A stretch of 64,000 nt of DNA from Candidatus Omnitrophota bacterium (GTDB taxonomy: Bacteria > Omnitrophota > Gorgyraeia > Gorgyraeales > Gorgyraeaceae): positions 3,812 to 67,811 of the forward strand of contig JBAZEP010000003.1 in NCBI GenBank assembly GCA_041653835.1, in the 5' to 3' direction. Positions within the stretch are counted from its first letter, which is position 1. Every line of letters starts with the position of its first letter. The notes under the pieces are model-generated. The model made no database searches. It was given only the letters and a program-made list of their open reading frames with translations, and was not told the DNA's origin. Both the position numbers and the translations under genes were made by a program. Below are positions 1 to 8,515 of the stretch, one piece after another.

Positions 1-1515
1 AGAAAAACAAAGAAAGAAGCAGCCATCAAAGAAAAAGATGATAAAAAGCAAACAGCCATAGAGAAAACTAAAGAGGCGCAAGATGCACTCACTAGTATTA
101 AAAATACTTTGAAACACACCCTTAACATTAACGACAAGATTAATTGGAATTCTTTATTGGATGAATCTAAATACCCTAAGAACAAGCCTAAAAGTCCAGA
201 ATTATTTACCATGCCAATTGAGCCCCAGAAAAATGACAAAGAATTTACGCCCAAAATAAACTTTATTATATCGTTGTTTTCTAGTTTAAAACAAAAAAGA
301 ATTGGAGAGGCGAATTGTTTATTCGAACGAGCCTATTCTGAATGGAAAATAAAAAAGAACAGTACGGAAGAAAATAATAGAAAATTACTCGAAAAGTATG
401 AAGAAGAAAGTTTGAAATGGCAAGAAGAGGAGAAAAAATATATTGTAAAGAGAGAAGAGAAAAATAAACGAATTTTAGAAAAAAAGGAAAAGTATTTTAG
501 AAAAGATCCAGCTATGATCGCAGAGTATTGTGAAATGATCTTGTCGAATTCGCAATATCCTGATACCTTTCCGCAGGAATTCGATGTTGAATATATACCC
601 GAATCTAAGATTTTGTTAGTAGATTATTTTCTACCAAGCATAGAAGATTTGCCGACATTAAAGGAAGTCAAATATAACATTTCACAAGACCAATTCAAAG
701 AAATACAAATTTCTGAATCAGATTTAAATAAATTATATGATAGCCTCTTATATCAAATAACACTCAGGACAATGCATGAGTTATATGAAGCAGATGTGAT
801 TGATGCTGTCGCCTCAATTATATTCAATGGATATGTTAGATTCATAGATAGCGGCACAGGAAAAGAAGTTTGTGCCTGCATTCTTTCAATTCAAGTGCAA
901 AGAGAAGATTTCTTAAATATTAATCTTGAGAATATTGAACCTAAAGCTTGTTTTAAAGCTTTAAAAGGCATAGGGAGCAGCAAACTTCACGGACTTGCAC
1001 CAATAGCTCCGATTATGAAACTGAACAAAGAAGATAAAAGATTTATAGTGCCATATGAAGTAGCGGGCAAAATTGATGAAGGAACAAATATTGCGGCAAT
1101 GGATTGGCAAGATTTTGAAAACTTAATTAGAGAACTATTTGAAAAAGAATTTGTTCCCGAAGGAGGAGAGGTAAAAATAACTAGAGCAAGTCGAGATGAA
1201 GGTGTAGATGCGGTAATATTTGATCCTGATCCGATTCGTGGTGGCAAGATTGTGATACAGGCTAAAAGGTATACTAATGTAGTTGGGGTTTCAGCTGTTC
1301 GCGATTTATATGGCACAGTTCTTAATGAAGGAGCGATGAAAGGTATTCTTGTTACCACAGCTGATTATGGTCCTGATTCCTATAAATTTGCCCAAGATAA
1401 ACCAATAACTTTATTAAATGGTAACAACCTTTTGCATCTATTGGAAAAGCATGGTCATAAGGCTAAAATTGATATAAGAGAGGCAAAGAAAATTTTAGGT
1501 AAAAAGGTAACTTGA
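1..1515 (+). CDS. Mrr-family (type IV-like) restriction endonuclease with long N-terminal helical region; 5' end lies outside the window
   Basis: Frame is open from base 1 (RKTKKEAAIKEK...) into the 109..1515 ORF. C-terminal Mrr_cat motifs FENLIRELF, DEGVDAV and IVIQAKRY...VGVSAVRDLYG...GILVTT. Confidence 0.85.
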   Translation, partial: RKTKKEAAIKEKDDKKQTAIEKTKEAQDALTSIKNTLKHTLNINDKINWNSLLDESKYPKNKPKSPELFTMPIEPQKNDKEFTPKINFIISLFSSLKQKRIGEANCLFERAYSEWKIKKNSTEENNRKLLEKYEEESLKWQEEEKKYIVKREEKNKRILEKKEKYFRKDPAMIAEYCEMILSNSQYPDTFPQEFDVEYIPESKILLVDYFLPSIEDLPTLKEVKYNISQDQFKEIQISESDLNKLYDSLLYQITLRTMHELYEADVIDAVASIIFNGYVRFIDSGTGKEVCACILSIQVQREDFLNINLENIEPKACFKALKGIGSSKLHGLAPIAPIMKLNKEDKRFIVPYEVAGKIDEGTNIAAMDWQDFENLIRELFEKEFVPEGGEVKITRASRDEGVDAVIFDPDPIRGGKIVIQAKRYTNVVGVSAVRDLYGTVLNEGAMKGILVTTADYGPDSYKFAQDKPITLLNGNNLLHLLEKHGHKAKIDIREAKKILGKKVT

Positions 1516-1754
1516 TAATGGTAAATATGGACATGTCAAAAAGGGACACACCTATTTGAAGAGTGTCCCCAGATGACACGTCCCCCATAAGTCCCATCTG
1601 GACATCCCTAGTTAGCAAAACGAGTTTCTCGAGATTTCCTTGAGAAAAAGGCTAAGGGCATATTGATTTCATTGAAAGTTGAAAAAGAACATTCCGCTAA
1701 TAGTTGTTAATAGTAACTTCGCTTGTTTTACCTAACAAATTGTATATTTTTTGC

Positions 1755-1783
1755 TTGACATATTAACAATCATTTGCTAAAGT
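1755..1783 (+). promoter_or_regulatory. sigma70-type promoter of the HTH/SIR2 operon
   Basis: TTGACA (1755-1760), 17 bp spacer with TG extension, TAAAGT (1778-1783). RBS AAGGAGG at 1811. Confidence 0.55.
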
Positions 1784-1823
1784 TTATAGATAATCAAATG
1801 AGATTATAATAAGGAGGGTGCAA

Positions 1824-2105
1824 ATGGAAAGAATATTGCAAAGAATCGATAATAATTTGAAAATTATATTATCAATTCTACTGGAAAAGAAAATAAAGGA
1901 AGGCAACCTTTCGGACCAACAGCAAGTATCTTTTCTTCAGGAAAGAGGATTAGGGATAGCAGAGATAGCTATGGTGCTAGGTAAAACGTCAAATGCTGTG
2001 CGTATTTTACTCACTCGTTTGCGCAAAAAAGGTCAGAAGATTCCTAAAGGAGGAAATCAATGTCAGAAAAAATTCAAGAAAATCAGGAGATACTTAAGAG
2101 ACTAG
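1824..2105 (+). CDS. small HTH protein, paralog 1 of 5
   Basis: N-terminal amphipathic helix ILQRIDNNLKIILSILL; C-terminal HTH GLGIAEIAMVLGKTSNAVRILLTRLRKK. ATG 1824 fits the RBS better than GTG 1818. Confidence 0.75.
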   Translation: MERILQRIDNNLKIILSILLEKKIKEGNLSDQQQVSFLQERGLGIAEIAMVLGKTSNAVRILLTRLRKKGQKIPKGGNQCQKKFKKIRRYLRD

Positions 2106-2287
2106 ATATTATTATTAGATTGCTATTGCGGAATATGAAGTCAAAAGAGAGTAATTTATTATTTATGGAACAGATTGGATTGTTAAAGGAGATAGGTTTA
2201 TCTACAGCAGATATCTCTAAAATAACTGGGAAACCGTCAAATTATGTTAGTTCAGTTATTAAGCATTTATCTAAAAAAAGGGGTTAG
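2060..2287 (+). CDS. small HTH protein, paralog 2 of 5
   Basis: EILKRLDIIIRLLL followed by EQIGLLKEIGLSTADISKITGKPSNYVSSVI. RBS AAAGGAGG at 2046. Confidence 0.75.
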   Translation: MSEKIQENQEILKRLDIIIRLLLRNMKSKESNLLFMEQIGLLKEIGLSTADISKITGKPSNYVSSVIKHLSKKRG

Positions 2288-2292
2288 TAGAC

Positions 2293-2499
2293 ATGGAAGA
2301 AAAAAGCCTTTCAGATTTAAGCAAGAAGGTTGATATGGTAATAAAATTAATGATTGCAGGTTTGACTGCGGATAAACAGTTGACTGACCAAGTAAAAATT
2401 CTTGCTTTGGCTGGAATCAAACCTAAAGATATTGCAGATATTCTAGGAACTACTCCAAATACGGTTAGTGTTCTATTGTCAAGAAACAAGAGAAAGTGA
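2293..2499 (+). CDS. small HTH protein, paralog 3 of 5
   Basis: LSKKVDMVIKLMI followed by DQVKILALAGIKPKDIADILGTTPNTVSVLLSR. Confidence 0.75.
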   Translation: MEEKSLSDLSKKVDMVIKLMIAGLTADKQLTDQVKILALAGIKPKDIADILGTTPNTVSVLLSRNKRK

Positions 2500-2508
2500 G
2501 AGGAGAAT

Positions 2509-2763
2509 ATGGAAAAGAAAAAGCCTAAAAGTAATCCGCAAGATGATTCAGTAGATATGACTAAAGTGCTTCTTGAACGATTGATAGTTATTAGTGAAAA
2601 CTCAATGATCGTAAATCTTGCCCTAAAGGGTATTCCTCATCAACAGATCAGAAAAATGGCACAATGCGATATGCGACGAATAACAAGATTATTAAAACCA
2701 GTTAATAAATATATTAAGAAATTTGTTGCCGAGAACGGGACTATAATAGATAAGGAGAAATAA
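2509..2763 (+). CDS. small HTH-like protein, divergent paralog 4 of 5
   Basis: LLERLIVISENSMIVNLALKGIPHQQIRKMAQCDMRRITRLLK. RBS GAGGAG. Confidence 0.65.
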   Translation: MEKKKPKSNPQDDSVDMTKVLLERLIVISENSMIVNLALKGIPHQQIRKMAQCDMRRITRLLKPVNKYIKKFVAENGTIIDKEK

Positions 2764-2764
2764 T

Positions 2765-2980
2765 ATGTCTAAAGATGATGAAATATTACAAAAGTTAGAT
2801 TTGGTCATCAAATTGTTAGGGATAATAGCCACACAGGCAGATCTGTCAAAAAAACTACAACGAGAACAAATTGTTATCCTGGATAAGCACGGTTTTAGAA
2901 ATAAAGATATTGCAAATATTTTTGGGATTAAAGCACAACAAGTAAACAATGCATTATTAGGTAATAAAAAAAGAAAATGA
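2765..2980 (+). CDS. small HTH protein, paralog 5 of 5
   Basis: EILQKLDLVIKLLG followed by EQIVILDKHGFRNKDIANIFGIKAQQVNNAL. Stop overlaps the SIR2 start (ATGA). Confidence 0.75.
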   Translation: MSKDDEILQKLDLVIKLLGIIATQADLSKKLQREQIVILDKHGFRNKDIANIFGIKAQQVNNALLGNKKRK

Positions 2981-4038
2981 TTTTTAAGGGGAAAAAATAT
3001 AAAATTGCAATGCTATTAGGCGCTGGAGCGACTAGGGGAGCATTGAGGGGTGTGTCAAGGCCAGTTATAAGAGCCCCATTAAATAAAGATTTTTTTGAAG
3101 TCGCTAAGAGATTTATTTCTTGCCCAGAAGGTAGAAGATATAAAAATTGTTTTATTCGTGTAAGCAAATTTATTTCTGATCAAATGATGCCGTTTAACAA
3201 AAGGCATCCAACTATGGAAGAAGTTTTTAGCACACTTTTTATGTCTAAAGATTTGCCTGTTATCTTTAAAACAGGAAGGGGTAGAATAAGGAAGGAAGGT
3301 TTTAGGCCTGAAATTAGAGATTTTTTAGTTTTGCTAATTGCTATATTTAGATTTCTTCAAATGAATTTAAAACACAAAGATAACATAGACCATTATGCAA
3401 GATTAGTTGCAAAGTTGGAAGAGGGAGATAGCATTATTACTTTGAATTATGATACTTTAGTAGATAATGCCTTGTTGGGTGTTGGATGGAGACCAGAAAA
3501 TGGCTATGGATTCAACGCTTCTTCTAAAATAATCTATAGTAATTTAAGGGCTGTGAAAAGAAGATTTAAAAATGTTTATCTTTTAAAACCACATGGGTCT
3601 CTAAATTGGTTTGCAAGAGGTAAAATTTCTAATCTTGAAGAAACATTGAGTAGGAAAAATGTTTCAAGGATTGATATTGCAAATGCTCCGCGGCTATATA
3701 CTTTAAAGCAAGATAAGTATGTAAGATTTTTTATTCCCCCTCTTTATACAAAATTTTTCAATAATGATTTCTGGAGATATCTTTGGCATGAATCTTATTT
3801 GAGATTAAAGAATTGTAATTGTTTAATAATAATAGGTTGTTCGTTGATTACAACTGACTATCATTTACGAGCGATACTTTCAAAAGTATTAAAAAGTAAG
3901 AAAAAGTTTAAGAAAATTATCATAGTTGACAAAAATCTAAAAGTAGTGGGTAACCTAAAGAAATTTTTTAGAGGTGCTAGTTTTTCTGGTTGTGAAACAT
4001 ACAATACATTTACGGAATACATAGAAAGTTTAAATTAA
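2977..4038 (+). CDS. SIR2-like (SIR2_2-type) putative NADase/defence effector
   Basis: Motifs LLGAGAT, IITLNYD, LLKPHGSLNW and IIIGCSL...D. Confidence 0.8.
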   Translation: MIFKGKKYKIAMLLGAGATRGALRGVSRPVIRAPLNKDFFEVAKRFISCPEGRRYKNCFIRVSKFISDQMMPFNKRHPTMEEVFSTLFMSKDLPVIFKTGRGRIRKEGFRPEIRDFLVLLIAIFRFLQMNLKHKDNIDHYARLVAKLEEGDSIITLNYDTLVDNALLGVGWRPENGYGFNASSKIIYSNLRAVKRRFKNVYLLKPHGSLNWFARGKISNLEETLSRKNVSRIDIANAPRLYTLKQDKYVRFFIPPLYTKFFNNDFWRYLWHESYLRLKNCNCLIIIGCSLITTDYHLRAILSKVLKSKKKFKKIIIVDKNLKVVGNLKKFFRGASFSGCETYNTFTEYIESLN

Positions 4039-4073
4039 CCAAGTTTATAAAGAATTATGTTAATTTTTTGCAA

Positions 4074-4769
4074 ATGCCCAAGAACAGATTAAGCAAAAAA
4101 CTTTTATTAAAAGTTGCTAGTAAGTCTAAACATAAACTTAAATACGTAAGAGAACAAATAAGTAAACGAGCGAGTAGGTTGAGCATTAATGCAGAAGCAG
4201 CTCTGATCCTTTGGGCAAAAGAATTAGGCATAGGGACAGCCGCATTTCAACATTCTTTACCTCCTCATATCCAGTTAGACATTAGAAATAGTTTGTCATC
4301 ACCAGCTGGGCATATTAAGAGCGGGAGAGTATTAAAATCAAAGCGTAATTTAAATATGGTATCCAGTAAATCATTGATTAATATAGACGACTTAATTCAG
4401 GATGATGAGCTTCGCAATAGATGCAAAGATTTATTAATGGCTAAAGATAAGTTTGATCGAGTGATTAGAGAAGCAACGACAGTATTAGATCATCGAATTA
4501 AAAAGGCGGGAGGTTTGAAAAATATAAATCCAGTAGATGCTGTTGGTAAAGTATTAAATCCAGATCCCAATAAAGCCATTCTTAAAATAAGTGAAGAAAA
4601 GTCCTTACAGGAAGGGTTCTTTTCTATATGCAAAGGGCTAATGTTGGCTTTCCGTGATCCAGCACATCATGAGATTACTGATAATTTTAGCAGGGAAGAG
4701 GCAATAAAGTTTTGTGGTTTAGTAGATATTGTTTTGGGAGCTATCTCGAAATCAAGTAAAATAACTTAA
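4074..4769 (+). CDS. TIGR02391 (Ymh)/HEPN-type protein with uncharacterised N-terminal domain
   Basis: C-terminal DRVIREATTVLDHRIKK...EGFFSICKGLMLAFRDPAHH, containing Rx4H. Confidence 0.7.
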   Translation: MPKNRLSKKLLLKVASKSKHKLKYVREQISKRASRLSINAEAALILWAKELGIGTAAFQHSLPPHIQLDIRNSLSSPAGHIKSGRVLKSKRNLNMVSSKSLINIDDLIQDDELRNRCKDLLMAKDKFDRVIREATTVLDHRIKKAGGLKNINPVDAVGKVLNPDPNKAILKISEEKSLQEGFFSICKGLMLAFRDPAHHEITDNFSREEAIKFCGLVDIVLGAISKSSKIT

Positions 4770-5000
4770 TGGTTCTGTAGATATGAACTTAAAACTTCAG
4801 CAGTTCCGCAGGTTTTGATTTCGATGTTTTACCAGCCCTAGCAGGTTTGAGAAAAGCTTTTTGTTTTGCGGGACATAAGATATTGCATTGCTGGGATGTT
4901 GCCTGTCAAAACAAAACAGAGCGAAGCCCACATTACCAAATAATCCATCTTTTGGTTGAGCGTCTTTTCGAAAGCCTGACAGGGATGGCAAAAACACCTT

Positions 5001-5044
5001 AACCGCGTAGGATGCCTACGGTAACCTACGCGGTTTTTCTTTTT
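5001..5044 (+). terminator. intrinsic terminator-like hairpin at the island edge
   Basis: AACCGCGTAGG / CCTACGCGGTT 11-bp stem followed by a T-rich run. Confidence 0.55.
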
Positions 5045-5046
5045 CA

Positions 5047-5074
5047 TTGACACTTTTATAATTTCTGGTAAGAT
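5047..5074 (+). promoter_or_regulatory. promoter for the ZTP riboswitch-pfl operon
   Basis: TTGACA 5047-5052 and TG-N-TAAGAT 5069-5074. Confidence 0.55.
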
Positions 5075-5094
5075 ATAGGTACAATTTACTTCAA

Positions 5095-5166
5095 AAGCGC
5101 GACTGGCGATGCATGCATGGGAAACCATGAGGGAGCGCGAATACGCAAAATCGAACGCCTGGGTTT
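5095..5166 (+). ncRNA. ZMP/ZTP (pfl) riboswitch aptamer
   Basis: GCGC-GACTGGCGA...TGGGAAACCA..GGGAGCGC, then a linker, then TCGAACGCCTGGG. GGCG/CGCC pseudoknot. Lies upstream of pflB and fhs, the typical context. Confidence 0.85.
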
Positions 5167-5192
5167 TAAGAATCCAGGCGTTTATTGTTTTT
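5154..5192 (+). terminator. riboswitch expression-platform terminator
   Basis: AACGCCTGGGTT / AATCCAGGCGTT stem sequesters the aptamer 3' CGCC; followed by TATTGTTTTT. Confidence 0.7.
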
Positions 5193-5194
5193 GG

Positions 5195-5546
5195 CCCTTG
5201 ACATTTTGCCCATGAATTCAGGATATTACTTTTATATCTTAGTATGTAGCGATGGTTCTAAATATTATGGCCATACAAATAATTTAGCGAAACGTTTTTC
5301 ATATCATTCAAAAGGATGTGTTTCCTCTACAAAAAGCAAGCGGCCGGTAAAGTTGGTTTATTATGAGGAATTTAATTCCCGGCCAGAAGCTTTTAGAAGA
5401 GAAATGCAGTTTAAAAACGGCAGGACAAGAAAAGAGACTATAGAAAACCTAATAAACTCTTTCGACATGGGCAAAATGTCAAGGGTTTAATTCGCAGACG
5501 GCCTTCGGCCTACAAGTTACGTCGCTACGCTCCATAACTTGTCTGC
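5195..5546. mobile_element. GIY-YIG cassette bounded by a perfect 20-bp inverted repeat, plus a downstream branched hairpin
   Basis: CCCTTGACATTTTGCCCATG (5195-5214) / CATGGGCAAAATGTCAAGGG (5466-5485); branched hairpin at 5494-5546. Confidence 0.6.
5212..5490 (+). CDS. small GIY-YIG nuclease (Slx1/UPF0213-like)
   Basis: [27 protein letters not shown]...[15 protein letters not shown]. Confidence 0.85.
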   Translation: MNSGYYFYILVCSDGSKYYGHTNNLAKRFSYHSKGCVSSTKSKRPVKLVYYEEFNSRPEAFRREMQFKNGRTRKETIENLINSFDMGKMSRV

Positions 5547-5566
5547 TCATTAAAGGAGACTATTAT

Positions 5567-7777
5567 ATGTTCACACGCGGACGTTGGGACAAAACAATAG
5601 ATATAAGGGATTTTATTAATAGGAATTATAAGCCGTATGACGGGGATGAGTCATTTTTGTGCGGGCCTACAGCCAGGACCAAAAAACTCTGGCAGGAATG
5701 CCTTACGCTTTTCAAGAAAGAGCACGATAAAGGCGGGGTTTTTGATATCGACGTATCAACTGTATCGACTATCACAAGCCACAAGCCCGGTTATATAGAT
5801 AAGAAGCTTGAGATCATTAAGGGACTGCAGACCGATAAGCCGCTTAAAAGGGCGATAAAGCCGCTGGGCGGCATACGCATGGTGGAGCAGGCCTGCGAGG
5901 ACTATGGGTATGAACTGGATAATAAGATCAAAGAGATATATTTAAAATATCGCAAGACGCATAATGACGGTGTGTTCGATTCTTATACCACGGATATATT
6001 AAGGGCCAGGCGCACAGGACTTATTACAGGCCTGCCGGATAATTATTCAAGGGGAAGGATAATAGGCGATTATAGACGCGTGGCGCTCTACGGCATAGAA
6101 AAGCTTATTAAAGCGAAAAAACATGATAAGGAGCTATTAGAGGATTATTCTTCCCAGGAGGCAGTAAAGTTAAGGGAAGAGATAGCTGACCAGATAGGAG
6201 CCTTGGAAGATATTATAAAATTAGGTAGCTCCTACGGCTTTGACCTGACAAGGCCGGCGGAAGACGCGAAAGAAGCTTTCCAATGGGTTTATCTGGCTTA
6301 TCTCGCGGCCATAAAGGAACAGGACGGGGCAGCAATGAGCCTTGGAAGCGTGAGTAATTTCTTTGATATATACATTGAAAGAGATATTAACCTGGGAAAA
6401 TTGACTGAAGAAAAGGCTCAGGAACTGGTGGATGACTTTGTGATAAAACTGCGCATGGTGCGGCACTTAAGGCCAAAATCATATGATGAGATATTCGCGG
6501 GCGATCCGGTATGGATAACAGAGAGTATAGCGGGGATAGGTATAGACGGCAGGCACAAGGTCACAAAGACATCTTACAGGTTCTTACAGACTTTATACAA
6601 CCTGGGGCCTGCTCCTGAGCCGAATCTTACGGTTTTGTGGTCATCCCGGCTTCCTGAGAATTTTAAGAGATTCTGCGCGAAAGTTTCCATTACCACGAGC
6701 TCTATCCAGTATGAGAATGATGACCTGATGCGCTCCATAGGCGGGGATGATTACAGTATTTCATGCTGTGTGTCGCTTTTAAAGAACGGAAGTGAGATGC
6801 AGTATTTCGGGGCGAGATGTAATCTCGCGAAGGTATTGCTCTACGCGCTAAATGAGGGAAGGGATGAGATCACAGGAGAAACAGTTGTCCCGGGCATAGC
6901 GCCTATAAGTTCTGAGCCACTAGACCATGATGAGGTAAAAGAGCGTTTTATGCAGGTCCTGCGCTGGACCACGAGGACATATGTCCAGGCGCTTAATATC
7001 ATCCATTCAGTGCATGATACGTATTATTACGAACGCTCGCAGATGGCTTTACTTAATACGGAACTCACGCGTTATATGGCATTCGGCATAGCCGGCTTGT
7101 CTGTAGTGGCTGATTCTTTAAGCGCTATACGTTACGCCAAAGTCAGCGCTATACGCAATAATAAAGGCCTTACAACGGATTTTAAGATCAAGGGAGATTT
7201 TTACGCATTTGGGAATGATGATGACAGGGTGGATGGGAGAGTCGTGGACCTCGTTACCACGTTCCTCTCTGAGATCAAAAAACATAAATTTTACAGGGAT
7301 TCTCTTCCCGCGGTTTCTATCCTTACAATTACTTCGAACGTAATGTATGGCAAGAAAACAGGCGCTACCCCTGACGGAAGGAAAAAAGGCGAACCTTTTG
7401 CCCCAGGCGCGAATCCCATGCACGGCAGGGATAAAAACGGGATAGTGGCATCTTTAAATTCCGTAGCGAGTATCCCTTATTCCGAATGCAGGGATGGTAT
7501 ATCGAACACATTTACCACTGTGCCGGATACATTGGGGAAGACTAAGGACGAGCGGATAACGAACCTCGCGGGTTTACTCGAAGGATATTTTATTAAAGGC
7601 GCACAGCACTTGAATGTCAATGTGATAGATAAGGCGACGCTTAAAGACGCGATGAAGCATCCGCATAAATATCCGCAGTTAACTATCCGCGTGTCAGGAT
7701 ACGCTGTTCATTTTAATAAGTTGTCAGGTGAACAGCAGAGAGAGGTCCTGGCAAGGACATTTCATGAAAGCATGTAA
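5567..7777 (+). CDS. pflB: pyruvate formate-lyase
   Basis: ISCCVS active-site cysteine pair; RVSGYAV glycyl-radical motif. Confidence 0.97.
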   Translation: MFTRGRWDKTIDIRDFINRNYKPYDGDESFLCGPTARTKKLWQECLTLFKKEHDKGGVFDIDVSTVSTITSHKPGYIDKKLEIIKGLQTDKPLKRAIKPLGGIRMVEQACEDYGYELDNKIKEIYLKYRKTHNDGVFDSYTTDILRARRTGLITGLPDNYSRGRIIGDYRRVALYGIEKLIKAKKHDKELLEDYSSQEAVKLREEIADQIGALEDIIKLGSSYGFDLTRPAEDAKEAFQWVYLAYLAAIKEQDGAAMSLGSVSNFFDIYIERDINLGKLTEEKAQELVDDFVIKLRMVRHLRPKSYDEIFAGDPVWITESIAGIGIDGRHKVTKTSYRFLQTLYNLGPAPEPNLTVLWSSRLPENFKRFCAKVSITTSSIQYENDDLMRSIGGDDYSISCCVSLLKNGSEMQYFGARCNLAKVLLYALNEGRDEITGETVVPGIAPISSEPLDHDEVKERFMQVLRWTTRTYVQALNIIHSVHDTYYYERSQMALLNTELTRYMAFGIAGLSVVADSLSAIRYAKVSAIRNNKGLTTDFKIKGDFYAFGNDDDRVDGRVVDLVTTFLSEIKKHKFYRDSLPAVSILTITSNVMYGKKTGATPDGRKKGEPFAPGANPMHGRDKNGIVASLNSVASIPYSECRDGISNTFTTVPDTLGKTKDERITNLAGLLEGYFIKGAQHLNVNVIDKATLKDAMKHPHKYPQLTIRVSGYAVHFNKLSGEQQREVLARTFHESM

Positions 7778-8504
7778 GAAAAACTCTATAGCTGGAAGGG
7801 TCCATTCAATAGAAAGTTTCGCGACACAGGATGGGCCGGGCATACGTTTCCTTGTGTTTTTGCAGGGATGTAGCGCAAGGTGCCTTTATTGCCAGAATCC
7901 TGATACTTGGGAGCTGAAGTCCGGGTTTGATATGAGTCCGGAAGAGGTGCTTGAAAAAGTAAAGCGCTGTATGCCGTATATAAGAGCATCCAAAGGAGGC
8001 ATTACTGTTTCAGGAGGGGAGCCGCTTTTACAAATAGATTTCTTGATAAAACTGTTTAAACTCTGTAAACTGAATGATATTCATACAGCGGTTGATACGA
8101 GCGCTTTTTTTAATAAGCCCGACAGGAAACTTGTAGAAAAACTCATCGCGCTTACAGACCTTTTTATCGTAGATATAAAGGCCGCGCGCGCGAGTCTCCA
8201 TAAAAAGATAACATCAAGAGAATTAAGCGAGGTCATGGAGTTTTTAAACATCCTTGAGTCAAAGAAAACGCATTACTGGTTAAGGTATGTGCTTGTGCCG
8301 AAATTAAATGATTCAAAAAAAGATATGGAGGCGCTAAAAAAGATCCTCGCAAGGCTAAAGTTTTGCGAAAAATTCGAATTCCTTCCATATCATACTCTCG
8401 GCAAACATAAATGGGAATATATGAAACTCAAATATCCCTTGCGCAATACGCGTCCGGCAACTTCGCAGGATATAAAAAGAGCTCAACTCGCGTTAAATAA
8501 ATAG
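7764..8504 (+). CDS. pflA: PFL-activating enzyme (radical SAM)
   Basis: [27 protein letters not shown] and GGEPLLQ; follows pflB. Confidence 0.95.
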   Translation: MKACKKNSIAGRVHSIESFATQDGPGIRFLVFLQGCSARCLYCQNPDTWELKSGFDMSPEEVLEKVKRCMPYIRASKGGITVSGGEPLLQIDFLIKLFKLCKLNDIHTAVDTSAFFNKPDRKLVEKLIALTDLFIVDIKAARASLHKKITSRELSEVMEFLNILESKKTHYWLRYVLVPKLNDSKKDMEALKKILARLKFCEKFEFLPYHTLGKHKWEYMKLKYPLRNTRPATSQDIKRAQLALNK

Positions 8505-8515
8505 AAAGGATAATT

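Noticed and set aside
4790-5128. Short minus-strand ORFs (4797..4997, 4838..5128) and a ~70-codon open plus frame at the island edge
   Set aside because: No recognisable motif or convincing RBS, and one overlaps the promoter and riboswitch. Could be a decayed gene, but unsupported without BLASTX.
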